A stretch of DNA of 64,000 nt. Source: Candidatus Latescibacterota bacterium. Its GTDB lineage: Bacteria > Latescibacterota > UBA2968 > GCA-2709665. The stretch spans positions 320,001-384,000 of the forward strand of contig OZ244937.1 of NCBI GenBank assembly GCA_965222075.1. The letters are read 5' to 3'. The notes below the pieces were generated by a model. The model searched no databases, had not been told where the DNA came from, and saw nothing but the letters and a program-made list of their open reading frames with translations. Below are positions 19,669-28,414 of this stretch, piece after piece. Each line of letters opens with the position of its first letter. Position 1 is the stretch's first letter. The position numbers were made by a program, and so were the translations under genes.

Positions 19669-19751
19669 TTGAGGAAAAGGGGTCAGTCCCTGCCTTTTTC
19701 CTTGACAGTGTGGACGGTGATTGAGATATTGTTGCTTCCGGATATTGATGT

Positions 19752-19838
19752 GCCGAAGTGGTGGAATTGGTAGACGCGCCGGACTCAAAATCCGGTGGCC
19801 GCAAGGCCGTGTGGGTTCGAGTCCCACCTTCGGCACCA
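19752..19838 (+). tRNA. tRNA-Leu (CAA)
   Basis: GCCGAAGTGGTGGAATTGGTAGACGCGCCGGACTCAAAATCCGG, long variable arm, GGTTCGAGTCCC, CCA end. Confidence 0.97.
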
Positions 19839-19854
19839 GGAATATGGTTCATAA

Positions 19855-19906
19855 AATAAAAGCACTTATGTTCCCCTCTTGCCGGGGCGGCGTAAGTGCT
19901 TTTATT
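19855..19906. terminator. 16-bp inverted repeat after tRNA-Leu (terminator or att remnant)
   Basis: aataaaagcacttatg ... cgtaagtgcttttatt. Confidence 0.55.
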
Positions 19907-20661
19907 CAAAATACGCCACACCTCTGCTGGAGAACAAATCGTAATATCGCCATGCCAACCCTGCCGGCGTTTCCGATAACCGCGACAGATAGAAACAGCA
20001 GGAGCGCGCTCCAGACAATCGTGAAGTCCCGCATCCTGCTTCTATATCGGGCACCCGAACCCGGTGCCCCGTAGAGCAGGACTGCGGTAAACCAGACAAG
20101 AAGATATGTCGAGAATTTAATCAGATACAGATACGAACCCCAGGGCGTCCTTGCCTCGTACATCACCTGGGAAGCCGCTGTCAGGGCGATAAACACCCCC
20201 CCCACGCCCAGCACTCTGTAATCGAATTTACTGATGCGAATAGACCACCCCTTCGCCAGCGCGTCTATCAGTGCACAGACAAAAGCAATCCCGGCCAGCA
20301 GAACGCTTATCCCGAAGTACGAAGACAGATGATACTCCGGAGATCCCTTCCCCAGCTTTGCCGTAACCGGCTCGAACTGGGTCATAACGAACATGAACCC
20401 CAGAGCCAGCAGGCGGGGAAAGTAACTCCACGCCCAGATATGGTCGTCATCATCAGCATCAGGCTGCCCATCACGCTCATCGGAATCAGCAGGAGACTTT
20501 ATCCATTTGAGGAAAAGAGAACGATGTTTTATCCCGATATACCAGAGCCCGGCGGTAGCAGCAGCCACCAGGACCGTGTTCCACCAGGTGAGCCTGAAGA
20601 CAGCCTCCAGAGCCCATATCAGCAAAAGGATCAAACAGACGCTGGCTATTCGTGCGTGCAT
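19906..20661 (-). CDS. Hypothetical multi-pass membrane protein
   Basis: ATG 20661 after AGGTGA RBS just downstream of the DAC gene; about 7 hydrophobic segments. Confidence 0.65.
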   Translation of the reverse strand: MHARIASVCLILLLIWALEAVFRLTWWNTVLVAAATAGLWYIGIKHRSLFLKWIKSPADSDERDGQPDADDDDHIWAWSYFPRLLALGFMFVMTQFEPVTAKLGKGSPEYHLSSYFGISVLLAGIAFVCALIDALAKGWSIRISKFDYRVLGVGGVFIALTAASQVMYEARTPWGSYLYLIKFSTYLLVWFTAVLLYGAPGSGARYRSRMRDFTIVWSALLLFLSVAVIGNAGRVGMAILRFVLQQRCGVF

Positions 20662-20672
20662 TTGGTCACCTT

Positions 20673-21815
20673 CTATTTTTCGCGCACCGCCAGCCGCACT
20701 TGCTTCGGTTTGACGTCGAGGACCGTCAGATCGGTCGTGTGGCGTACGGACTCTGAAGACACCTTGAAGGTTCTGCGCCCCAATGGAACGAGCCTGGCGT
20801 CGATAACGAGCCGAAAATCCACCCGGCGCGCCAGCAGCAGCGCCCGCCGAGGCCCGGACACGGTTACATCCACCATCGCGGGGCTGACACCCTCCAGCAC
20901 ATAGCCCTGCGGTATATTCTCCACCGTCACCCTCACCGGATGCGTCGATTTCTGGACCGCCGCGCCCGGCACCAGGACCAGCCACGCGCCGAAGGCCAGC
21001 GCAAAGGACAAAAGCCCCTCCACGAGATGCCGTCCCAACCGGCCCCGCTCGACCCGGCGGGCACCCACCCCCACGCGCTTCGAGTGGTCCTGCACCCTGG
21101 CCAGCAATGCGTCCGGATCGTCCAGAATCTCGAGTCGGCCTTGCGCCGCGATGGTGATCGTGCCGCGCTCCTCCGAAACCACCAGGCACAGGGCATCGCT
21201 GCGCTCGGCCAGGCCCAATGCCGCGGCGTGGCGCGTGCCCCCCGCCCCCAGTTCGTCGCGGTTTTCGGAAAGCGGCAAGTACACGGCAAAGCGCTCGAGC
21301 CTGTTTTCGCGCATCACCAACGCGCCGTCGTGTCCGTCCGAACTGGGGTCAAAGAGGCTGTCTAAAAGCTCCTCGCTGATCGCCGCTTTCAGCAAGACCC
21401 CGCCTTGCAAGTACCGCTCCACCGGATCGCGTCCCGGCAGGACCACCAGGGCTCCATGCCGCTTCGCGGCCAGCTGGTGCAAGCTCCGAACCAACACCCC
21501 CAGACTGCCACCCCCGGGCTGCGAGGCCCTCCGGCGCAGACCCAACGCGGCGATCTGCTCGAAAAGCCGCCGCAGATCGTCCTGGAAAACCACCACGACC
21601 ACCACGACCAGCACCGCGAAAAAACCCTGGAAGATCCAGGCCGTCAGCTGCAGCTCGAATTGCCGCGCCAGCAGGTAGAAGATACCCAAAAAAGCCAGGC
21701 CCAGCAGTGCCATCCGCGCGTGCATCCGGCGAGTCCAGGCCACCAGGCCCCAGAGCAGCAAACCGACTACCACGATGTCGACGAGGTCGGTGAGTGCGAT
21801 GTCGAGTAGGGTCAT
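20673..21815 (-). CDS. Membrane diadenylate cyclase (DisA_N/CdaA-type) fused to YbbR domain
   Basis: 3 N-terminal TMs, VVFQDDLRR, HDGAL and GTRHAAALG motifs, VVSEERG, C-terminal TM + YbbR-like domain. Confidence 0.9.
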   Translation of the reverse strand: MTLLDIALTDLVDIVVVGLLLWGLVAWTRRMHARMALLGLAFLGIFYLLARQFELQLTAWIFQGFFAVLVVVVVVVFQDDLRRLFEQIAALGLRRRASQPGGGSLGVLVRSLHQLAAKRHGALVVLPGRDPVERYLQGGVLLKAAISEELLDSLFDPSSDGHDGALVMRENRLERFAVYLPLSENRDELGAGGTRHAAALGLAERSDALCLVVSEERGTITIAAQGRLEILDDPDALLARVQDHSKRVGVGARRVERGRLGRHLVEGLLSFALAFGAWLVLVPGAAVQKSTHPVRVTVENIPQGYVLEGVSPAMVDVTVSGPRRALLLARRVDFRLVIDARLVPLGRRTFKVSSESVRHTTDLTVLDVKPKQVRLAVREK

Positions 21816-22077
21816 GTCCAAAAATAATCCGGTCGCCAGAAGGAAACAATGGGGGACTGGGGGGAGGATGTGCCAATACCCACGTTGTCGTAGCACCGAA
21901 ATATGGGTAATATTTTACAATTCGTCAAGACCATCTGGACAGGTATCTGCTGCGGGCGGAACGGCTGATAGCAGAAAAAGACTATGGTGCCGCTCCGGAG
22001 GCGCTGGATAAGGTCGTCGCTCTGCTGGCTGGTCTGGAGCACCCACGCTGGAGCCGTTTTCTGCTATGAATTTTACA

Positions 22078-22125
22078 TTGATAATAGAACCAGGGTTGGC
22101 TATATTTTACACGATTACCGTGAAA
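22078..22125 (+). promoter_or_regulatory. sigma70 promoter with HigA-like operator palindrome
   Basis: TTGATA-N17-TATATT followed by ttacacg-attac-cgtgaaa imperfect palindrome. Confidence 0.55.
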
Positions 22126-22153
22126 TCGATAAAAGTTAAAAGAAGAACACTTC

Positions 22154-22266
22154 ATGACTGAATCATTTGGAGACCCTGCAACAGAAGATTTATTTCATAA
22201 CAGACAAACGCGACGCGCCCGCAGCTTTCCGCCGGATATTGTACGCGCCGCTTTAAGGAAATTATC
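22154..22266 (+). pseudogene. higB: Truncated HigB/RelE-family toxin
   Basis: MTESFGDPATEDLFH...DIVRAALRKL matches the HigB N-terminus; similarity stops after ~37 codons; no antitoxin follows. Confidence 0.7.
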
Positions 22267-22281
22267 TATAACAACCCGTTT

Positions 22282-23502
22282 TTGTACAGGATGTTGCAGA
22301 TGCTATTCTCCGGTATTCAAGGGAAGCCGGAAGATGCCCCGCCGGCCAAGACGCTTCCGGGGATATCGAATGTCCTCTCGGGTCGGTTCAGCGTCGGCGA
22401 ACTCCAAACGATTGATACCAGCGCGCTTCTGGGACGAGAGGAGGTTGTTCTAAATCTGGATGCGGTCGCCGACTACCTGAAAGAGAAGAAGGTTCTGGTT
22501 ACGGGGGCGGGGGGGTCTATCGGGTCGGAGCTTTGCCGGCAGATTGTGACGTACAATCCAGCGCTTTTGATTATGCTGGGAAGGGGTGAGAACAGCATTT
22601 ATGAGATCGAGAACGAACTTGGGGGTGAATGCGGGCAGGTGACCCTTGAAACCGTGATTGCGGATACCATAGATTGGGACAAGGTGGACCGGGTTTTTGC
22701 AGATTACCGTCCCGATGTGGTGTTCCACGCAGCAGCGCATAAACATGTGACCCTGATGGAACGGCATCCGGACGAGGCCGTGAAGAACAATGTGTTTGGC
22801 ACGCTGAATGTGGGGCGGGCCGCTCGAGACCAGGGCGCATCTGTTTTTGTACTGATTTCCACGGATAAGGCCGTGAACCCCGAGAATGTGATGGGGGCGA
22901 CCAAGAAGGTGGCCGAGATGATCGTTCAAGACCTTGCCAGAGCGGGAAAGACGAAGTTTTTGGTTGTGAGGTTCGGGAATGTGATCCGGAGCCGGGGGAG
23001 TGTGATTCCGCTGTTTGAAAAACAGATCCGGAACGGCGGGCCGGTTACGATCACCCATCCGGAAGTAACGCGGTATTTTATGAGTATATCCGAAGCCGCG
23101 CATCTGGTCCTCCAAAGCGGCGCCGTGGCCGATAGGGGGAGTATCTGTGTGCTGGATATGGGGGAACCTGTCAGAATTTTGGACCTGGCCCGAAATCTGA
23201 TCCGCATGGCAGGCCTGCGGCCCGATGAAGATGTTCGAATTGAGTTTACAGGACTCAGGCCGGGCGATAAACTGGTTGAGGAACTCCTGACGAGCAGAAA
23301 AAATATGAAGGCAACCAGGTTCGAGAAAATTTTTTTAGATGAACCCGATCAGGTGGGGGGCAAAAAGTTACACGATGGTTTGAAAAAGCTCGAAGCGTGT
23401 GTTAAAAGGTTCGACCGTTCCGGCACGATTTCTCTGTTGCAGGAGATTGTCCCCACCTACAGGGTGCAGCATTCCGATTCGGTTTCTGAAAAGAGAGGGT
23501 AA
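22282..23502 (+). CDS. UDP-sugar 4,6-dehydratase (CapD/PglF family), lacking N-terminal membrane domain
   Basis: VLVTGAGGSIGSEL, FHAAAHKHV, STDKAVNP, VRFGNV, GLRPGDKL. Confidence 0.9.
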   Translation: MYRMLQMLFSGIQGKPEDAPPAKTLPGISNVLSGRFSVGELQTIDTSALLGREEVVLNLDAVADYLKEKKVLVTGAGGSIGSELCRQIVTYNPALLIMLGRGENSIYEIENELGGECGQVTLETVIADTIDWDKVDRVFADYRPDVVFHAAAHKHVTLMERHPDEAVKNNVFGTLNVGRAARDQGASVFVLISTDKAVNPENVMGATKKVAEMIVQDLARAGKTKFLVVRFGNVIRSRGSVIPLFEKQIRNGGPVTITHPEVTRYFMSISEAAHLVLQSGAVADRGSICVLDMGEPVRILDLARNLIRMAGLRPDEDVRIEFTGLRPGDKLVEELLTSRKNMKATRFEKIFLDEPDQVGGKKLHDGLKKLEACVKRFDRSGTISLLQEIVPTYRVQHSDSVSEKRG

Positions 23503-23593
23503 ACGAATCCGATAGGTACTATTGTCTCTGGCCGAATTGTTCGCCGTTTGGTCCATGAGATTCGGAAGACCGATGAAGCGGCGCTCCGTTTCA

Positions 23594-23656
23594 CCTGCCT
23601 GCGCCGGATGCCCTGCCTGCGCCGAGTTCTGCTCGGCAGGCAGGTCGGCAGGCAGG
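23594..23656. repeat. Nested pair of CCTGCCT...AGGCAGG palindromic elements (30 bp outer + 33 bp inner at 23612-23644)
   Basis: cctgcctgcgccggatgc[cctgcctgcgccgagttctgctcggcaggcagg]tcggcaggcagg. Confidence 0.9.
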
Positions 23657-23680
23657 TTCACTGTTTGACGGGTCAGACAA

Positions 23681-25150
23681 GTGAGCAGAAGATTCGAACC
23701 GATTGACCTCTCGCGTGTCCGAACCTTTCCCCTTTCGGAACGCCCCGGCAAGGTCTCTCTGGCCGGCTTCGCCACCCCGCCACAGGCGGGCGTCTCGTTC
23801 GGTGGTTTCTTAAGGGGGCTGCCGGAGATCCTGATCGGCGCGGAGTTCCGGAGCTTTGTCCGGGACCTTTCAGCGGCGGTTCGGGCGGAGAAGACCGTGG
23901 TCGCCGGGGTCGGCGGTCACGTGATTAAGTGCGGTCTTGCCCCTCTTCTTATCGATCTGATGCGCCGCGGGTGGGTCTCCGCCCTTTGTATGAACGGCGC
24001 AACGGCTATCCATGATGTTGAAATCGCGATGTGCGGCAGTACCTCCGACCTGCCTGCAGCGCAGGACGCTGCGCAGGCAGGGGACGTCTCCGCAGGGTTA
24101 GGGGATGGCTCCTTTGGCATGGCCAGGGAGACCGGCACGTTTATAAACGGCGCGATCCGGGACGCACCGGAGGGCTATGGGGCCACGCTGGGCCGCAAGA
24201 TCGTGGAGGCGGACCTCCCCTACAGGGAGCAGAGCGTGCTGGCCACAGCGTCTGAACTGGGGCTTACGGCAACGGTTCACGTGGCCGTTGGCGCCGATAT
24301 CGTCCACCAGCATCCCTCGGCCGACGGTGGAGACATCGGGCGGGCGTCATTCGAAGATTTCCGCATCTTCTGCGCCGTCGTCGCCAGCCTCCAGGGGGGG
24401 GCTTACATCAACATCGGATCGGCTGTACTCCTCCCGGAGGTCTTTCTCAAGGCCCTCACGGTGGCCCGCAACCTGGGGCATGGCGTTGCGAATTTTGTCA
24501 CCGCCAATTTCGATATGATTCAGCACTACCGCCCCCGGGTCAACGTGGTGGAGCGGCCCACCCTGGGCGGGGGCCGGGGCTATACCTTCACCGGCCACCA
24601 CGAACTCCTCATTCCCCTCCTGGCACAGTCCCTGCACGAGGCGCTCGAAGATCGGGCCGCGGCTGCCGAACGCAAAGTCGTCTCTTTGGACGAGGCCCTG
24701 GCCATTCGGGACCGCATGCGCGACATCGGCGCTACCGTCATTTTTACCAACGGCTGTTTCGATCTGCTTCACCAGGGCCACGTCACCTACCTGCAGAAGG
24801 CCCGTTCGCTGGGCGATGTGCTGATCCTGGGACTCAACAGCGACGATTCCGTCGGCCGCATCAAGGGCGCCGGCCGGCCTATCCTCCCCCTGGAAGACCG
24901 CGCCAGGGTGCTCGCCGGGCTTGAAGCGGTCGATTACATCTGCGTCTTCGCAGAGGATACGCCGCGTAATCTCATCCAGGCCCTCCTGCCTGACGTTCTT
25001 GTGAAGGGAGGGGACTATAAGGTGGATGAAGTCGTCGGACGAGAGGAGGTTGAGGCCGCCGGAGGCCGGGTGACCACGGTTCCGTTCGTCAAAGGCTGTT
25101 CCACGACGGATATTGTACAGCGGGTGCTCAAGACAGGGAGAGAGAGGTGA
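23681..25150 (+). CDS. Deoxyhypusine-synthase-like (GSU2086-type) domain fused to D-glycero-D-manno-heptose-1-P adenylyltransferase (RfaE2/HldC)
   Basis: GGHVIKCGL, NGATAIHD, FGMARETG, GSAVLLPEVFLK, GHHE; then FTNGCFDLLHQGH, GLNSD, KGGDY, STT. Confidence 0.85.
   Translation: MSRRFEPIDLSRVRTFPLSERPGKVSLAGFATPPQAGVSFGGFLRGLPEILIGAEFRSFVRDLSAAVRAEKTVVAGVGGHVIKCGLAPLLIDLMRRGWVSALCMNGATAIHDVEIAMCGSTSDLPAAQDAAQAGDVSAGLGDGSFGMARETGTFINGAIRDAPEGYGATLGRKIVEADLPYREQSVLATASELGLTATVHVAVGADIVHQHPSADGGDIGRASFEDFRIFCAVVASLQGGAYINIGSAVLLPEVFLKALTVARNLGHGVANFVTANFDMIQHYRPRVNVVERPTLGGGRGYTFTGHHELLIPLLAQSLHEALEDRAAAAERKVVSLDEALAIRDRMRDIGATVIFTNGCFDLLHQGHVTYLQKARSLGDVLILGLNSDDSVGRIKGAGRPILPLEDRARVLAGLEAVDYICVFAEDTPRNLIQALLPDVLVKGGDYKVDEVVGREEVEAAGGRVTTVPFVKGCSTTDIVQRVLKTGRER
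24049..24081. repeat. 33-bp palindromic element inserted in frame in a CDS
   Basis: cctgcctgcagcgcaggacgctgcgcaggcagg; removal gives acc tcc gag gac gtc = TSEDV. Confidence 0.9.
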
Positions 25151-26163
25151 TGGACCCGGAGCGGCTGAGGGAAATTCTGTCGGGGTTTGCCGGTAAGCGG
25201 GTGCTTGTTATCGGAGACCTGATGCTGGACCACTACCTCTGGGGACACACCGACCGTATCTCTCCGGAGGCCCCGGTGCCGGTGGTCGAGATCGAATCCG
25301 AGACGTTCCGTCCCGGCGGGGCGGGAAACGTGATCCACAACCTGCACGAACTGGGGGCTGAAGTTGCCGCTGCTGGTGTGATCGGTGACGATATCGAGGG
25401 GGAAAAACTCAAGGAACTCTTAGCTGCCGAGCGGGTTGACCTGAGCGGGATCGTTGTGGACCCGGCCCGGCCCACCACCTCCAAAACGCGCATTATCGCC
25501 CGCCGGATTATGGAGAGGGGAGGAGAGAGGGGGCTGGGCCAGCATATCGTGCGGGCCGATCGGGAAGTGCGCACACCGATTGCCGGGGCTGCACAGCGGG
25601 GGCTGACTGACCGCATTCGTGAAGTCCGAGGTGTGGATGCGCTTTTCGTGTCCGACTACGCCAAGGGGGTGGTTACCCCGGATCTGATGGATGCGGTGCG
25701 AGAAGGGATGCAGCGTCTGGATCGACCCGCAGTTGTGGACCCCAAGGGGCGCAGCTTTGAAAAATATCATGGCGTAACCGCCATTTCGCCCAATCAGGCC
25801 GAGGCCTTGGGTGCCTTCAACCTGGAAAGCATCGATGAGGAGACCGTTGTTGCCGCCGGCCACGAGCTGGTCAAACGGTTTTATCTCCAGACTGTCTTTA
25901 TGACCCGGAGCGAAAAAGGGGTCAGCCTCTTTGAGCAGAACGGCCAGGCTGTCCACATTCCTTCAACGGCCCGGGAGGTCCACGATGTTTCGGGGGCGGG
26001 GGATACGACGGCCGCCGTGTACACGCTTGCCCTTTTAGCAGAAGCTTCACACCGGGAAGCCGCCTGCGTTGGCAACCTGGCCGGAGGGGTTGTGGTCGGA
26101 AAGGTCGGTGTTGTGCCCGTGTCTGTTGAGGAGCTTCTCAAGGCCGGGAAGGATGTTTCTTAA
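25147..26163 (+). CDS. rfaE1: D-glycero-D-manno-heptose-7-phosphate kinase (RfaE1/HldA)
   Basis: GDLMLDHY, RISPEAPVPV, GGAGNV, SDYAKG, VDPK, DVSGAGDT. Confidence 0.92.
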   Translation: MMDPERLREILSGFAGKRVLVIGDLMLDHYLWGHTDRISPEAPVPVVEIESETFRPGGAGNVIHNLHELGAEVAAAGVIGDDIEGEKLKELLAAERVDLSGIVVDPARPTTSKTRIIARRIMERGGERGLGQHIVRADREVRTPIAGAAQRGLTDRIREVRGVDALFVSDYAKGVVTPDLMDAVREGMQRLDRPAVVDPKGRSFEKYHGVTAISPNQAEALGAFNLESIDEETVVAAGHELVKRFYLQTVFMTRSEKGVSLFEQNGQAVHIPSTAREVHDVSGAGDTTAAVYTLALLAEASHREAACVGNLAGGVVVGKVGVVPVSVEELLKAGKDVS

Positions 26164-26178
26164 CGGAATACCCGATCG

Positions 26179-27207
26179 ATGATCCCCAATCTTGTGACGA
26201 TCTTTCTCGTGGCAGTCGCCGTTGCCTGGGGAGCGACGGCGACGGTCCGATTCTGGATGGTTCGCATCGGTATTCTGGATGTTCCCAACAAGCGGAGTTC
26301 CCACAGCCGTCCGACGCCTACCCTGGGGGGCATCGGTATCATCGTTGGGACGGGAGTTGCGCTGGCCCTGGGTTATGGACTGCTGGACTTTCCGCCTCTT
26401 CCCTTTCTCAAAGCGCTGGCCGGGAGTACGCTGATCCTGGGCATTCTGTGTTATGATGAGATTCGCCCGATGGGGAGGCTCTCAAAGCTGGCTGTACAGG
26501 CGGGCGCATCCCTGGTGCTGGTTGGGGCGGGGGTTGTTTTACACCGGATCTCTGTTCCGGGTGTCGGGGAGGTTGCGCTTGGCTGGATGGCGCTGCCCGT
26601 GACTCTGCTCTGGCTGTTCGGGCTGCAGAATTTCTACAATTTTATGGATGGGATCGACGGGATCGCCGGGGTGGAGGGGGTGCTGTTTGGGGGTCTGATT
26701 GCCGGGCTTTCGGTTGGATATGCGCCTGTGCTAACGCCGCTTAGCACAGCGCTTGCCGGCGCCACTCTGGGGTTTCTTTTCCTGAATTTTCCACCGGCCA
26801 GAATTTTTATGGGGGATACGGGCGGGCATTTCCTGGGGTTGACATTTGGCGCAATCGCTGTTGTGGGGGAGGCCGAGGGCCTTCCTTTTGTTGTAACGCT
26901 GCTTTTTCTGGGGGCTTTTCTCTTCGATTCGGTCTATACGATTTTTCGGCGTCTTGTTCGGGGGGAGAATATCACCTTAGCGCACCGCAGTCATATCTAT
27001 CAGCGGCTCAATATCCTGGGATGGAGTCACCTGCGCGTGGACCTCTGGTTTGCTTTATGCACGCTCCTGCTGGGAGGGGCAGGTTATCTGGCGGTTTACG
27101 GATATGTTGTCCCGGCACTCGTCGCTTGCGCGCTGGCAGGCACACTCATCATAGGGGGCACCGTTTGGGTGGAGAGCCGGTGGCGACACCATAGGGCCAT
27201 TGAGTGA
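26179..27207 (+). CDS. Glycosyltransferase family 4 (WecA/MraY-like polyprenyl-P sugar-P transferase)
   Basis: DVPNKRSSH..PTP..GG, NFYNFMDGIDG, FMGDTG, AHRSHIYQ. Confidence 0.92.
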   Translation: MIPNLVTIFLVAVAVAWGATATVRFWMVRIGILDVPNKRSSHSRPTPTLGGIGIIVGTGVALALGYGLLDFPPLPFLKALAGSTLILGILCYDEIRPMGRLSKLAVQAGASLVLVGAGVVLHRISVPGVGEVALGWMALPVTLLWLFGLQNFYNFMDGIDGIAGVEGVLFGGLIAGLSVGYAPVLTPLSTALAGATLGFLFLNFPPARIFMGDTGGHFLGLTFGAIAVVGEAEGLPFVVTLLFLGAFLFDSVYTIFRRLVRGENITLAHRSHIYQRLNILGWSHLRVDLWFALCTLLLGGAGYLAVYGYVVPALVACALAGTLIIGGTVWVESRWRHHRAIE

Positions 27208-27793
27208 TACCGTGAACAGGACGCGTCCAGCCGTTTTCTTAGATCGGGACGGTACGATTAACGTTGATGTGAATTACCTCAGCCGGCCGGAGGACCTCCA
27301 GTTCATCCCGGGTGCGGCCCGGGCAATGGCACGCCTGCGGGATGGTGGGTATTCGCTTGTTGTGGTTACCAACCAATCCGCTGTTGCAAGGGGGCTGATT
27401 ACCGAAGCCGACCTGGGAGAAATCCACCGCGAGCTGCAGCGACAATTGCGCGATGCCGGGGCAGAGGTGGATGGTGTTTATTATTGTCCGCACCATCCGG
27501 AGTACGGGAGTCCTCCCTACCGCCAGGTCTGCGTCTGCCGCAAGCCAAATCCCGGCCTCCTGGAGCGCGCGGCCCTGGAACTTGGGCTTGACCTGGAAGG
27601 TTCCTATATGGTAGGGGACAGTCTGACGGACCTGCAGGCGGGCTGGAACGCCGGCTGTGGGGTTGTACTGGTTCTTACCGGCTGTGGAACAGAGGCCCAT
27701 CGGGAGGCAGATGCGGAAACATTAGATCGCATCGACTATATTGCCGGGGATTTATCAGAGGCCGCAGATTGGATTGTGGGGCAGCAGGTGTGA
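27200..27793 (+). CDS. gmhB: D-glycero-D-manno-heptose-1,7-bisphosphate phosphatase
   Basis: FLDRDGTIN, VTNQS, YCPHHP, CRKPNPG, GDSLTD. Confidence 0.92.
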   Translation: MSDTVNRTRPAVFLDRDGTINVDVNYLSRPEDLQFIPGAARAMARLRDGGYSLVVVTNQSAVARGLITEADLGEIHRELQRQLRDAGAEVDGVYYCPHHPEYGSPPYRQVCVCRKPNPGLLERAALELGLDLEGSYMVGDSLTDLQAGWNAGCGVVLVLTGCGTEAHREADAETLDRIDYIAGDLSEAADWIVGQQV

Positions 27794-27830
27794 CATGTTC
27801 GGAGAGAAGATAGGTCCAGGCCGGGGATGG

Positions 27831-28169
27831 TTAAAGCGCATCGGGACCGGTTTCGCCGGTTCGGATGCGTACGGCCTGATCGAGGGTCGTGACGAAGATT
27901 TTGCCGTCTCCGACATTGCCGGTTTTGGCGGTCCGTTCGATGGCGTCAATGGCGCGCTCTACCAGGTCGTCGCTCAAGGCGATTTCAAGTTTGGCTTTGG
28001 GAAGAAAATCGATCACGTATTCCGCGCCCCGGTAGACCTCCCGGTGTCCCTTCTGTCGTCCGAACCCCCGGGCTTCGATGACGGTCATGCCCTGGATGCC
28101 GATTTCGGATAAGGCTTCCCGTACGTCGTCCAATTTGTGGGGCTGGATGACTGCCATGACGAGTTTCAT
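27831..28169 (-). CDS. glnB: Nitrogen regulatory protein P-II
   Basis: GFGRQKGHREVYRGAEY, GDGKIFV, RIRTGE; no adjacent amtB. Confidence 0.95.
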   Translation of the reverse strand: MKLVMAVIQPHKLDDVREALSEIGIQGMTVIEARGFGRQKGHREVYRGAEYVIDFLPKAKLEIALSDDLVERAIDAIERTAKTGNVGDGKIFVTTLDQAVRIRTGETGPDAL

Positions 28170-28301
28170 GGGATTCTCCTCCGCGATAAGGGCAATCAGG
28201 AATTTTAAGACAGCTTCTTATTCGATTTGGTCGACAAATATAGACGGTCTTTGTTTCGATGTGATTTCGCAAATGTTAAGAATGTGTTAACTTCAAAGGT
28301 T

Positions 28302-28330
28302 TTGACAAAGCCGGTGGGGACAACTATATT
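28302..28330 (+). promoter_or_regulatory. sigma70 promoter
   Basis: TTGACA-N17-TATATT. Confidence 0.65.
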
Positions 28331-28414
28331 TGCGCTGCCCCCGAACCGAACCGAGTATTCCGACGGTTTGCAGGGGCGCACGGCTGTGTGCCCGCCTTGT
28401 GAAAGGAGAAAGAA

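Noticed and set aside
25501-25545. Purine-rich ~11-aa insert (RIMERGGERGL) in RfaE1 as another mobile element
   Set aside because: Not palindromic, no second copy seen, and this loop appears length-variable in the family
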